Source of the DNA: an uncultured virus (IMG/VR IMGVR_UViG_3300012665_000499)
Lineage: Duplodnaviria > Heunggongvirae > Uroviricota > Caudoviricetes
IMG/VR virus record: IMGVR_UViG_3300012665_000499
Length of the DNA: 64,000 bases
Strand: one strand, 5' to 3'
Every line of letters begins with the position of its first letter. The stretch's first letter is position 1. Shown one piece after another: positions 29,701 to 39,220 of this stretch. The notes below the pieces were generated by a model. It worked only from the letters and a program-made list of their open reading frames with translations, had not been told where the DNA came from and searched no databases. A program made the position numbers and the translations under genes.

Positions 29701-32555
29701 GGGCAATGACCAACCGGGATATGCAAGCCTACATGGAGTCCATCCCGTACAAGAACGCTACGCTTTGGGATAGGTTTACTACGCTTATCCGCGACGTGCT
29801 TGGGCTGTCTCCTAAGTTCGATACCGCACTTAGCGAACTCCTGCGTATTGGCGGAGCCCTTACTGAACTACAAAGCAGTGAGATGATGGATGTAGCTGCC
29901 ACTACAGGTAAGCAAATGGCGGTAGCCCCGTCCGTAGAGGCTTTGGTTGATGGCGCGGGAGACTTGAGCCCCGAAGAGCGCGGCATGTTCACCAAGTTCA
30001 TGGATGCGTTTGCGACAGTACCGGGGGTAGATCGGACGACTGCGTTCCGTACGCAAACTGCTGATATTGCAGCTACGGTTGAGAGCCGCCTACGCGCTAA
30101 GTTCGATGGCAAGGTTCGAGATGCGGTAGGTAACCTGAACCCTATGGGCTTGTACCGTCAGGCGCAAGACCAAGCCAAGATGCTGCTGCAGTACCTGCAG
30201 GTCGGCAACATAGAAAAAGAAGCCTCTACGGGCTTGTGGAAAGTAACACCCAAAGAAGGTATCCGCGCTCCCGCGGAGGTGTACACCATGCTCGAAGCGT
30301 GGGGTAAGAAGAACGGGTATTCCTTTGATATGGCCAAGAGGGTTGCAAGCCGTATCCTTGAAGGCGTTCGCCTGAACCAAATGCGTATATCCAACCGCGC
30401 GGGCAAGACAAACTTCCAACTGCATGCTATTGACAAGACGTCTTCCCTATCCCTTGACCAGCAGATCAACGAGATGCTCAAGGAGTACAACGCACAGCCT
30501 GACTTGCAGGAAATCTCTAAGGTTATGGATGCTGCACGTATCGCCATGGTAGACCACATGGTTGAGGTAGGCCGTCTGACCCCTGAGATGGGCAAGGAAT
30601 GGCGCGAAGTTGTCGGGTATGTTCCGTTCGACCGGATGGATAAGTTCGCTGAGGCGTACACCAAAATCAAGCGTTCTGGGTCGCGTGGTATTGCACAGGT
30701 CGGCAAGCTGCCTGAGTTGGTCGGCTCATTTACTAAACCTGTGGGCGACGTGTTCGGTAACTACATGAACACCTTGGGCTGGATGATGCGTCAGGTGATT
30801 CACACGGATGCCACTGTGCGTACGTTGGGCGCTTTAGAAGACATTAACTTTGCAAAGCCGTTAGGGCTTACCAACCAAGGCAAGGATTACGCAGTACCCG
30901 CGTATGTAAACGGTGAGGTGAATTACTGGCAGTTGCATACTAAATATGATGAGATGGCGTTTAAGGATTTGAATATCCCACAGGCGACTTGGATTCGTAA
31001 CCTCGGAGCGTTCTCCAACGTACTGCGTACTACCGTTACTGCGCTGCCTCCCTTTGCGTTGAAGCAGGTAACAGACGACGTGCAGCGCGCCATCATGACT
31101 TCGGGAGTGAAGAACCCTGCAGCACTGGTGCGTATGACCCTGACGAACTTCCCTAAGCTGGCGCTGGCTGAGCTGCGGGGTATCGAGCATCCAATGGTAA
31201 AGATGTTTGGTGCGTACGGGCTATCCGGCGAGTATGATTTCCAACAAGCCAAACCTGCGGACTCGCTCTTAAAGGACATGAAGCTCGTAAAGCGTTCTGT
31301 GTTCCGGAACCTGCTGCATAAGTTGGACGGCATAACCCGGGCCTCGGACTTGGCGGTTCGTGTGGCTATCTATGAGCAGACGATGAAAGAGTCACAAGGG
31401 GATACCCTGTTGGCACAAACTCGGGCTCGTGAGTTTATTAATTTCCGCCGCCGTGGTGCAAGTGAGGCGGTAGGTGCGATGGTTACAACCATCCCGTTCT
31501 TTAATGCGTATGTACAAGGTATGGATGTTCTGTACCGCGCTGCATCAGGCAAGGACGCTAGCGCATCCTCCGGTCGTGCAATGGCACGGAGTATGTTCGT
31601 TAGTCGCGCGGTTACCGTGGCGTTCATCAGTTCCCTATATGCGTTGAGTAAGAGCGATGATGACGACTACAAAGACATGGACTTGCGCCAGCGGGACAGC
31701 AACTGGATATTCCCCGGCGGGTTCAAACTGCCTGTGCCCGGTGAGTTGGGCGCGATCTTTAAGGTAGTCCCTGAGCGTGTAGTAGAGTACATGCGTCGTC
31801 AAGGCACACCCGAAGAGCAGACTGCGTTTGAAGCTGTGCGTACCGCACTGGCGTATATGTATGAGCAGTATCTAGGCCGTGTTAACCCGCTACCACAGGC
31901 AGTTAAGCCATTGCTGGAAGCATGGGGGAACAAGTCCTTCCTGACTGGTAGAGACCTCGAAGGGTTCCACCACCTGCAGTTAGACCGCAGCATGCGCCGT
32001 ACAGACGCTACCTCGGAGATGGCCATTGCGATTGCAAACTTTAGCCGCGATACCGTAGGCGTCGAGGTGTCTCCGATCATGATTGACAACACCCTGCGGG
32101 GTTATTTTGGTTCGACTGCTGCTATGGTGACTATGTTCACGGACTCTCTGTTGAACCCCACCAAGGTAGACCGTCCGTTGAACAAGTGGGCGCTACTCAG
32201 CAACTACATGACCGACCCGGTAGGCACCCGCAAAATCACGGAGTTCTACGACGAACGTGATACCGCTATGGCTGCCAAAAATACTTTGCAAGAGTTAATG
32301 AAGGTTGACGTAGACCGTGCGGTAGCGTACGCAGAAGCGCACCAAGACGAGTTGATAATGGCCAAGGGTGTGCAGTCTACTTTGAACATGCTTGAGCGAA
32401 CCCGGGCGTACCGTAAGTATTTGAATGGCGCGGAAGCTGCACGGGATATGACTTCGGAAGAGCGAGAGACAGCGTTGAAAGAAGTCAAGAAGATGGAAGT
32501 GCAAGCCGTGTCGTGGCTGCGTGAGGCAAAGACGGCGATAGCTCAAAACCGTTAG
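26769..32555 (+). CDS. Large polyvalent (ejected) protein with zincin metallopeptidase and LPD38-like C-terminus
   Basis: 1928 aa; ILHELVH (HExxH); C-term IPFFNA..QG, N.SF.TGR, SP..IDN..RGYFG. Confidence 0.75.
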   Translation: MPTYEVDVQGKTYEVDAPDANTAWQWANYTHKQPPAPAPKAAGFSLADTALGLGQGVIGAGKSLTDVFGADNAVSEALGRGQAALGEMKTPERQAEQAARQAKIKAAEGTGFLNEIGAELGAVKDAPIQATAQALGSFAPYLLTGIVGGVAKLLPATVRVINGIVGAAQGAGSIKGSIYDAVYDELKGKMPADKAKEQAAIAQEYNAANALDIAGGAALGALGARTGVESQLIKGAGANAPAKFLPRIGQAVLKESPLEGAQGGQEKVAQNRALQRAGFDVPTFQGVAGRAAGDAAMGALAAGAVSTVQGGKATDEADPYAGLSTIKDTGATEPTAPEAPATPAAEVSEYVQLQRRKAELLSEPRNPENKAELSAINKQIEVLNIKLFDKEQAKIAAVATDEAKAKQSAFSLPPEGSQMEMAGVGTTDRLPPEVDANGNPLRPFVGPDRDVGLGDVIAADFPPTTEILNEAGIAPTQAELEAAGQQQLGFPNPISEAEVTAFGASMSKPNRQWLADNLLGKTPDQVRDEIAAKQLVVPENKGIQKVIKEIVANVTPKEPQNAPNTQPTIQPTPRARGRKPSVDVSVPPTDANAAATTEQPKGPVGQRLVPPEQSTATGNEQQGRKPLTLKPRVEVDTAEIARRQEAADIAARLAEQAQASALGKPAVEQRMVVEDQSKATREAAVRRAEEAAQKLEAVTDETEKASIKQQAPVKGLPSNAQIIGALNEVIKSPRFTENVKNDARRHIKAVQEKKGKDVAAGKEDDLSDEMAYNFLVAQANKPQYAIGTPRTPVSAEEASTITKAISGKSLLDVADWAAKNMTSPDYRIIAERVSATLRELQKAGVRIGTLSVTPENQRLTSGALGVTIYDLPKAGKSSEVKITLNNHSNGASSGIHPEVILHELVHAATMATIRAGNWKSAAGTRMGALSKNLYDVTNAVRAHFNARVKSGEPLTEFEQAIYARGNNALADANEVLTWAMTNRDMQAYMESIPYKNATLWDRFTTLIRDVLGLSPKFDTALSELLRIGGALTELQSSEMMDVAATTGKQMAVAPSVEALVDGAGDLSPEERGMFTKFMDAFATVPGVDRTTAFRTQTADIAATVESRLRAKFDGKVRDAVGNLNPMGLYRQAQDQAKMLLQYLQVGNIEKEASTGLWKVTPKEGIRAPAEVYTMLEAWGKKNGYSFDMAKRVASRILEGVRLNQMRISNRAGKTNFQLHAIDKTSSLSLDQQINEMLKEYNAQPDLQEISKVMDAARIAMVDHMVEVGRLTPEMGKEWREVVGYVPFDRMDKFAEAYTKIKRSGSRGIAQVGKLPELVGSFTKPVGDVFGNYMNTLGWMMRQVIHTDATVRTLGALEDINFAKPLGLTNQGKDYAVPAYVNGEVNYWQLHTKYDEMAFKDLNIPQATWIRNLGAFSNVLRTTVTALPPFALKQVTDDVQRAIMTSGVKNPAALVRMTLTNFPKLALAELRGIEHPMVKMFGAYGLSGEYDFQQAKPADSLLKDMKLVKRSVFRNLLHKLDGITRASDLAVRVAIYEQTMKESQGDTLLAQTRAREFINFRRRGASEAVGAMVTTIPFFNAYVQGMDVLYRAASGKDASASSGRAMARSMFVSRAVTVAFISSLYALSKSDDDDYKDMDLRQRDSNWIFPGGFKLPVPGELGAIFKVVPERVVEYMRRQGTPEEQTAFEAVRTALAYMYEQYLGRVNPLPQAVKPLLEAWGNKSFLTGRDLEGFHHLQLDRSMRRTDATSEMAIAIANFSRDTVGVEVSPIMIDNTLRGYFGSTAAMVTMFTDSLLNPTKVDRPLNKWALLSNYMTDPVGTRKITEFYDERDTAMAAKNTLQELMKVDVDRAVAYAEAHQDELIMAKGVQSTLNMLERTRAYRKYLNGAEAARDMTSEERETALKEVKKMEVQAVSWLREAKTAIAQNR

Positions 32556-32782
32556 GATATTCTCCACACGCGGACGCCGTAGCGTCCGTACTCACATCGG
32601 GTACGGACTATGAAAGCATAAGGCAGGTCTTTGCAAGTCTCATGAAGGACTGACTTGACCTGCCTGATCGTGGCTACGGTTGGGATGAAGAAGGAGTTAC
32701 CGGGGGCAACCTGCCCCCAGTCAAGGAAGTACTCGACCCCTACAAGGGTGAATACCTGCGGTATATCAAGGAGCGTCTTCAC
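32552..32782 (-). CDS. Small hypothetical protein
   Basis: DW..V.PG.SFFIP...GVRVWR; last gene of the - strand block. Confidence 0.6.
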   Translation of the reverse strand: MKTLLDIPQVFTLVGVEYFLDWGQVAPGNSFFIPTVATIRQVKSVLHETCKDLPYAFIVRTRCEYGRYGVRVWRIS

Positions 32783-35600
32783 TTGTCAGCGGGGTCAGGT
32801 CAATCCCAAGCGCCTTAGCGTCCAAGATGTAGCACCGAACCAAGACGCCGCTCATACCACCTAGCGCCCCTGCGCCGATACGGGTAGGGTGAGACTTGCC
32901 GTCATGCTTGAGAAAGTTGGACTTCTGCAGTCGGTGCAGTGCATCCTTAACGTCCACCTGCTTACCAGCAAAGTAACTACGGAATTCACCCGCAGGGATT
33001 GCAAGCTCTTGCAGGTCAGGGTAGTACCGTAGCTTCAGCGTACCGCTTGGCTCTCTGATCGGAGCCTCGGGAGCCCCGCTCTTGCTGACGCTGTTGGCCA
33101 CCAGTGCGTTGCGGATGTTGTCATTAATGTAGCCAGCCAGCGTCTCTTGCACCACAAGGTCTGCATCGCCCACAGTGCTTTTAGTAGCTGAGCGGTTTGC
33201 TTCGACTACCTCCAACAGGTACGCATAGATGTTGCGTAGGTTGATATCGTGCAAGCCCAACTTCTGCGCTATGTACCCACCCGCCATTACGCATGCACCG
33301 TAGCATGAATAGAACCGGTCAGACGCATCGAGGCTCAAGTCTTTGTCGATCTTGGCTTGGAACTGCTTCAGCAGGGCGATCACCTCATCGAGGTTCTTCA
33401 TGACGTACTCAATGAATATCGGGCCGGCCACACCGTAGTTGTCCGAGAGAGCGCCAAACACCCGATCAATCTCATCCTTGGTTGCGCCCTTGTACTGCGG
33501 CACAGAAATCTCCAGCGTCCTGCGTAGCTCGCCATCGGCTGTACTCTTGATGGAAAGTAGCTTGTCAACGATTGACGCATTGCCCGAAGTAATAGTGAAG
33601 TTGCACCATGAGGTAAGGTTGGCTCGCAGTTGGTTGGTCTGGGATTCCATGCGGTGCTTGCCCCTACCGTTCGTGACGCTGTACGACAGATGGGACAGGT
33701 TCTCCGCTTTCTCATTGGTAATCTCATCAATCGTGAATACGATACTGTTCATCATCCCGAGCATGTGCATCTTGGAAGCAAAGGTATCGTCCTGTTTCAT
33801 CAGCAGGTCATCAGGGTGCCCGAATATCGAGTTAGCCATCATCTGTGCCGTGGACTTGCCGGAGCCTGAACCGTTGTGCTTCAGATGAATCAACGCGCCC
33901 TTGACTGTATTGCCCCCGATAAACTTCAGCAGTGGGGAGCCAAAGCCTGTGAACAGGGTCAACGCGTGGGGCTCGAGGCCGGGGCGGTCATAGAAGTTTG
34001 CAATCTCCTTCCACGCGGACAGGGTGCCCGTGGGTTTGAAGTGAGATGCTAGCTGTCGTGTGCCGCTGGCGGGGGGCGCGATCTTCGGACCGGCGGTCGT
34101 GTATTCCAATTCACCAACTACAAAGCCAGTGTTATCCGAAGTCCACCCCATTTGGCTCCGGGTCTTGTTCGCAGTGAACTGCGTCTGCAGCTTGCGAAGG
34201 GTTGATGCAAAATATGCCATGAGTACATCCACATGTTTGCCGTAGGCAACGACCCCGTTCTTCACGAGTACGTCCCGTAGCTTGTCCTTGGTAAAAATAG
34301 TTGTGACAGGGGCATAGAACCTCCGCACACCGTCTCGCTTCATGTGTAGGTTGATACCTACCATTTCTCCATCCCCGCCGTTTTGCTCGTCACCGTCGAA
34401 GAATCGTTCTGTCAGATACAGGTCATCTTTATAGATTTCAACCTCTACCACCTCACCATCTGCCTTCTCCTCTTTCCTAAATACGCCGCCATGAATGCCA
34501 CGGAAGTAGGGGTAAGGGTAGGCAGGAACACTAAGTAGGACGGCTGGAGACTCATCGTCCTCGGGCTTTTCGATGATGTACTGGTCGTTGACGACCTCTG
34601 CCTCTAAGACAATGCGCCCAAGAATAAGAGGGGACGATACCTTCTGTGTGCAGCCCTTACAGACATCGCCGTTATTGTCACGGTACCACTCGCAGGTGTA
34701 CGGGCCTTTGGTTTCTGCAGCTTTAGCCTCAGTAGCCGCCGCATCGTAGCCGGGGTGTTTCTCTGACAACTTATGGATAGCCTTAGCGCCATCCTCGCAA
34801 CGAGTTGCAATCGACAAAGCCCCACGCCACAGCGGCTCCTCTAGGGTAGCTGCGTTCTCAAGCGCATGCTTCATCTGTGCGCAGCCGTTGCCGTTCATAC
34901 TGCGGATGACGATACGCCGGAACTCACACTTAGGGTAATCCCCAGTAAGCTCAGCCATCGCCGCATCTGCTCCAAACATCTTAGCAGCGGACAAGTCCAC
35001 AGGCGCTTCCGGTAGTAAGGCGATAAACCCTTCTAACGAAGTAGGTACTCCAGCTACCATTATTGACACCGGACGCGACACGCCGTTCTTGAAATTGGTA
35101 GTGCCGGGTACCCGCAAGATGCGTACAGTATCCGCAGTCACCGCAGGGTCAGCGTGAAGGTTGTGCAGTACACACAAACGCTTCAAAGATTTGGCATGGG
35201 TCGCCCACACATCAGCGGGGATATCCTCAGTCATAGGCCAGTACACATGCAGCCCACCACCGGAGTTAACGATGTATGGGATGGGCAGCTTGGTGACCTG
35301 TACGAAGGCTTTAAGGGCTTGCGCAGCGGCGGCTTGGTCTGAGTAGGGCTTACCAGTGCCGCAGTCTAAATCTAAGAAAAATGAACGCAGAAACGCTGCG
35401 TTTTCCGCCTTACGGCTTGAGGCATCATGGAACGACGCGAGAGCATAATAAGCATCAACCCCTTTGGTTGGATAGGCTGAACTGGCAGCCTCAAGGTCAT
35501 CAAGGGTGGAATGAAAATTCTGTCGAACGACGCCGCCCCGAATACCCACCGTGCAGTACGTGCCTGTTGTTGGCAGTACGGATGATAAAAAATCAGTCAT
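32766..35600 (-). CDS. Primase-helicase (AEP/RepB-like primase + DUF927/Cch-like helicase)
   Basis: FLDLD, NSGGGLHVYW, RILRVPGT.N primase motifs; GSGSGKST Walker A; TIDE Walker B. Confidence 0.85.
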   Translation of the reverse strand: MTDFLSSVLPTTGTYCTVGIRGGVVRQNFHSTLDDLEAASSAYPTKGVDAYYALASFHDASSRKAENAAFLRSFFLDLDCGTGKPYSDQAAAAQALKAFVQVTKLPIPYIVNSGGGLHVYWPMTEDIPADVWATHAKSLKRLCVLHNLHADPAVTADTVRILRVPGTTNFKNGVSRPVSIMVAGVPTSLEGFIALLPEAPVDLSAAKMFGADAAMAELTGDYPKCEFRRIVIRSMNGNGCAQMKHALENAATLEEPLWRGALSIATRCEDGAKAIHKLSEKHPGYDAAATEAKAAETKGPYTCEWYRDNNGDVCKGCTQKVSSPLILGRIVLEAEVVNDQYIIEKPEDDESPAVLLSVPAYPYPYFRGIHGGVFRKEEKADGEVVEVEIYKDDLYLTERFFDGDEQNGGDGEMVGINLHMKRDGVRRFYAPVTTIFTKDKLRDVLVKNGVVAYGKHVDVLMAYFASTLRKLQTQFTANKTRSQMGWTSDNTGFVVGELEYTTAGPKIAPPASGTRQLASHFKPTGTLSAWKEIANFYDRPGLEPHALTLFTGFGSPLLKFIGGNTVKGALIHLKHNGSGSGKSTAQMMANSIFGHPDDLLMKQDDTFASKMHMLGMMNSIVFTIDEITNEKAENLSHLSYSVTNGRGKHRMESQTNQLRANLTSWCNFTITSGNASIVDKLLSIKSTADGELRRTLEISVPQYKGATKDEIDRVFGALSDNYGVAGPIFIEYVMKNLDEVIALLKQFQAKIDKDLSLDASDRFYSCYGACVMAGGYIAQKLGLHDINLRNIYAYLLEVVEANRSATKSTVGDADLVVQETLAGYINDNIRNALVANSVSKSGAPEAPIREPSGTLKLRYYPDLQELAIPAGEFRSYFAGKQVDVKDALHRLQKSNFLKHDGKSHPTRIGAGALGGMSGVLVRCYILDAKALGIDLTPLTSEDAP

Positions 35601-35620
35601 ATAGCTTCACGGTGTAGCTA

Positions 35621-35653
35621 AAAAGAAAAGGACGGTAGGTCTCCCCACCGTCC
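35621..35653 (-). terminator. Rho-independent terminator before primase-helicase
   Basis: GGACGGT...ACCGTCC stem followed by a T-rich run on the - strand. Confidence 0.55.
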
Positions 35654-35665
35654 CACCGGGCGGGA

Positions 35666-35914
35666 TTACTTTCGCTTGTTAAGGCGTGAGGTAATCTTGG
35701 GCATGATCTCAAGCTGCGCGGCACGAGGCACCGACACTCCATTCAGCCAGTTGTAAACTGTAGCGCGTGACACGTCGAACATCCCCGCAACTTCCGCTAT
35801 GGAAGCCTCGCTAGAGATACACGCCATGGCAAGCATGCGTACCACATGAGGTACGTCACTGCGGTTTACCCTGCGAATGAACTGGGTGCTATGACCCCGA
35901 GCAGCTTGAACCAT
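35666..35914 (-). CDS. Cro/C1-type HTH regulator
   Basis: SIAEVAGMFDVSRATVYNWLNG..VPR; TAATG coupling to SSB. Confidence 0.8.
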   Translation of the reverse strand: MVQAARGHSTQFIRRVNRSDVPHVVRMLAMACISSEASIAEVAGMFDVSRATVYNWLNGVSVPRAAQLEIMPKITSRLNKRK

Positions 35915-36825
35915 TACTCGTCTACCGACCAATCACTGAGGATATCGGCCACGTTTTTAGTCGCGACAGGTTCCGCAGGTGCTGCAGCTTTAGGCCGTTT
36001 AACGGGCTCTGCCACAGGTGCTACATCCGCAGCAGGTGCTGCCTTGGTTGACTCCGCAAACGCAGGGGTTTCCACAAAGGCGGATGGCAATGCCAACGTA
36101 GCCGATGAATCCTTACCGCCAGTCATCTTGAAGTCAACTGCTTGCTTGGCATCCTCAGTCTCGCTCTGTGCCTTGGCTAATTCCCACTCACCTTGAGTCA
36201 ATGGGCGCACTGCACGGAACTTCAACACGGGGACTGCTTCGCTTGTATCGAAACGCGCTTCGGTTACGAGGCCGGAGAGGGTCTTAATACCGTGACCCAA
36301 TAAAAACTTACCGTAGGCTTGCAATGGCATCTTGTCGCCCACTGCGTTACCAAAGTAAGACTTAGCTGGAATCTGCAAGCGGTAGATGTTGCCACCGATA
36401 TCGTTGTCGAGAACCACAGCCAAGCGTTTGCTATATCGGCATGCACGAGACTTGCCGTCACCGGAGCCTTCGATGTTCTGCTTGCATGTAGCGCAGCTAG
36501 AGCTTTGTGGGTTTGTCACTTCGGTGTTAGGAACCACACCTTCAGCCGACCAGCACGATGGCTTGACGACTGCGCCTTCTTCATACTTACCAGCGTAGAA
36601 CGTACGGGATACGCCTTTGCTTGCAGAGATGATGACGAAGTTCATGGAGCGGTCTTCGTTTTTAGCGACTTCCTCACCACCGACCATCATGCGCCATACG
36701 CCACCTTTGATGGAGATTTGCTTGCCGCCTGAGTTACCGGCAATGTCCTTGAGGGACGGGTCTGTCGCATCGCGCAGAAAGTCAGGGAGGGCTTCGCCCG
36801 AAGTGAAAAGAGTTAAATTGCTCAT
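35914..36825 (-). CDS. Putative ssDNA-binding/annealing protein
   Basis: Cys cluster (CWS, C..C..N, KSRAC), Pro/Ala linker, acidic tail DWSVDE; replication context. Confidence 0.6.
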   Translation of the reverse strand: MSNLTLFTSGEALPDFLRDATDPSLKDIAGNSGGKQISIKGGVWRMMVGGEEVAKNEDRSMNFVIISASKGVSRTFYAGKYEEGAVVKPSCWSAEGVVPNTEVTNPQSSSCATCKQNIEGSGDGKSRACRYSKRLAVVLDNDIGGNIYRLQIPAKSYFGNAVGDKMPLQAYGKFLLGHGIKTLSGLVTEARFDTSEAVPVLKFRAVRPLTQGEWELAKAQSETEDAKQAVDFKMTGGKDSSATLALPSAFVETPAFAESTKAAPAADVAPVAEPVKRPKAAAPAEPVATKNVADILSDWSVDE

Positions 36826-36839
36826 ATATACCTTTGAAG

Positions 36840-37229
36840 TTATTTAGAAGAACGACGAACGAGAATCGAGTATTTCGACTCGACATTGACACCAGCGGGC
36901 ATGACGTCCGGCTTCTCTTTGAGGAACTGCGAGAAATTACCCTGCGCAATTCGACGTTCAAGAAGTTCGGGTGCATCATGCTCACGGATGAACTTGTACA
37001 TACTGTCCCAATCGGAAGTCCAGTATCGGGTCTTTACAGACCGTGTGAATGAGCCATGTGCGGTCTTGCCGCCATCTTGGCCTGTAGTCTTGCAGATGTT
37101 GAGTAGCTCTTGTGCTACTGCATCGAGTTGGTCTTCCAACACTTTTATTTCTTCTTCCATCTGCTTTGTTTTGATTTCTTTGGCATCGCGTATCTTGATA
37201 TACACTGCCACGAGTTTGTCAGCGTCCAT
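36840..37229 (-). CDS. Conserved coiled-coil replication-region protein
   Basis: YIKIRD...DWDS.YKFI...LLERRI. Confidence 0.7.
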   Translation of the reverse strand: MDADKLVAVYIKIRDAKEIKTKQMEEEIKVLEDQLDAVAQELLNICKTTGQDGGKTAHGSFTRSVKTRYWTSDWDSMYKFIREHDAPELLERRIAQGNFSQFLKEKPDVMPAGVNVESKYSILVRRSSK

Positions 37230-37265
37230 TGTGTTTTCCTTTTGTTGTTGATGTCAACGATTCAA

Positions 37266-37293
37266 ATTATACACTGTCAAATTTATTCGTCAA
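37266..37293 (-). promoter_or_regulatory. Sigma70 promoter for the 37229/SSB/HTH genes
   Basis: TTGACG-N16-TATAAT on the - strand. Confidence 0.6.
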
Positions 37294-38836
37294 GCACTTG
37301 TTTGTATAAATCCACCAAACTTAAATGTAAATCGATGTTGCTTTGCAGCATTGTGTACATGCGGCGCTCCACGGGACTACCTTGTAGGTGCGTAACCGTA
37401 ACGTGATTTACCTGTCCCGCTCGGTGGGCGCGGGAGTTAGCTTGTAGATAGATTTCAGTGGAGGATACCGGACCCCACCATACAACTTGATCGGCACGAG
37501 TAAGGGTAATCCCGTGTGCCGTAGCCTGTGGACTTAGCAACAGAATCCTAGGGTTGTCCTCAGTCTGAAAGCGCTTGATAATCTCCGCACGTTGTGATGG
37601 AGGTACACCACCTTGGATGGCCTCGACTGTGTGCCCTGCCTTAATTAGCTCCTCTCGCAGCATGCTCAGTGTGTGTCGGTACGGTACGAAGATCAACACC
37701 TTGTTGTCCGTCTCGTCAATGACGTTCATGAGTTCTGCTACACGATTACTTACGTCGAACTCCACCACATCCCCATCATCCGTATACACTGCACCTTGGG
37801 ATACCTGCAGGAGTTTGTTGAGCATGGCGGCGGCGTTAACTGCGGTGATCTCTGCTCCTGCTGCGATGGTCATCATCTGCTTGCGTAGTGCTTCGTAGTA
37901 CTTCATCTGCTGCGGAGTAAGCGGTACCTCACGGGTGGAGTACAACAGGTCAGGCAGGTCTAGGCACTCGGCTTTGGTGAAGCGTATCGCTGGCTGCAGA
38001 ACTTGATGTACTACCTGCTGTGACTCCCTGCGTGGTGCCCACTTGTATTGGGAAATCTTGAGCATCACCTTGTCGCGCCACGCGCCGAAGAACCTAGGTA
38101 CTGTGTCAGGGCTAACGAGCTTGGCTAAGCCGTAGGCATCCAGTGGTGACTGCGAAGCAGGTGTGCCCGTCATCATCCACAAACGAGTCGAGGGTTTGAT
38201 TAACGAGGCAAGGGCTTTCCACCTGTCGGTCTGCACCGACTTAACTGCGTTGGCTTCGTCCACAATGATGAGGTCAAAGCCGCCTTCTAGAAGTTCTTTG
38301 TTAACGACCTTCACGCCGTCGAAGTTAATGATGATGAACTCGTAGCCCTTGGCGATGATGGCTTGGCGTTGGGTGCGTGTGCCTTGGGCGATGGATACCG
38401 TGCGGTGCATCACCGTCTTGAACAAGTCCGACCGCCACGCTGTCTCCATGATGGACACAGGGCACACCACCAGTACTCGTTTGACTTTACCCAAGCGCAT
38501 GAGGTAGTCCGCTGCCCATGCTGCAGCACTTGTCTTGCCTGTGCCAGCCTCGTTAAATACGAAGCACCGTGGGTACACTGTTAGGAAGTCTGCAGTGGTG
38601 CGCTGGTGGTCGAATGGGGTGAACATACCCGGCCAGTCGTAGCGTCCCAAGATGGGGCTAGGTACGTCTTTGATACCTAGGTTGCGCAGGAGTTGCGCTT
38701 CGTCAAACCCCCAGTTAACCAGCACTCTATCTACATCCCCTTTGGTTTCAACCACCTTGCTTTTGGGGATTAGGGCGGTGATCTGTGCTGCCTTTCTCGT
38801 ATTAAAAAGCAGTGCTTTGTTGTCGATTATTTGCAT
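37283..38836 (-). CDS. SNF2-family SF2 helicase
   Basis: EAGTGKT, IIVDEAN, MTGTP, GITLT, QANSRAHRAGQ. Confidence 0.9.
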   Translation of the reverse strand: MQIIDNKALLFNTRKAAQITALIPKSKVVETKGDVDRVLVNWGFDEAQLLRNLGIKDVPSPILGRYDWPGMFTPFDHQRTTADFLTVYPRCFVFNEAGTGKTSAAAWAADYLMRLGKVKRVLVVCPVSIMETAWRSDLFKTVMHRTVSIAQGTRTQRQAIIAKGYEFIIINFDGVKVVNKELLEGGFDLIIVDEANAVKSVQTDRWKALASLIKPSTRLWMMTGTPASQSPLDAYGLAKLVSPDTVPRFFGAWRDKVMLKISQYKWAPRRESQQVVHQVLQPAIRFTKAECLDLPDLLYSTREVPLTPQQMKYYEALRKQMMTIAAGAEITAVNAAAMLNKLLQVSQGAVYTDDGDVVEFDVSNRVAELMNVIDETDNKVLIFVPYRHTLSMLREELIKAGHTVEAIQGGVPPSQRAEIIKRFQTEDNPRILLLSPQATAHGITLTRADQVVWWGPVSSTEIYLQANSRAHRAGQVNHVTVTHLQGSPVERRMYTMLQSNIDLHLSLVDLYKQVLDE

Positions 38837-38856
38837 ATTAAAAATTTAGAAAATGG

Positions 38857-38885
38857 AAAAAAGCCGGGTAGCTAAACTACCCGGC
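38857..38885 (-). terminator. Rho-independent terminator
   Basis: GCCGGGTAG/CTACCCGGC 9-bp stem plus T6 on the - strand. Confidence 0.75.
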
Positions 38886-38935
38886 AAATCAAGGAGAAAC
38901 AATGAACACCGATTGCTCGGCGGGGAAATCTTACC

Positions 38936-39220
38936 TTATTTTTTAGCTTCGCGCTTGGAAATTTGTGACTTCAATGCACCTGTTTTGGTACGGGAGAAGC
39001 TGGTATTTGAGGACTCTGAGGATGCTCGCAGGTTCCCTAGGGCTGACTTGCCCCCCTTACTCATGGGCTTGATATGGTCTACGTCCGTGGTAGTGGGGAG
39101 ATCGCCATTGGCTTTCTCGTAGTCGCTACGCGCCTTGTTACGGGCGGCACGGTTCTTAATCTGTTCGGGTTTGCCTTGATACTTATCGTACTCGGCACGG
39201 TAGTTACGTTTAGTTGCCAC
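38936..39220 (-). CDS. HNH-like endonuclease
   Basis: DVDHIKPMSKGG....NLR......N. Confidence 0.75.
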   Translation of the reverse strand: MATKRNYRAEYDKYQGKPEQIKNRAARNKARSDYEKANGDLPTTTDVDHIKPMSKGGKSALGNLRASSESSNTSFSRTKTGALKSQISKREAKK

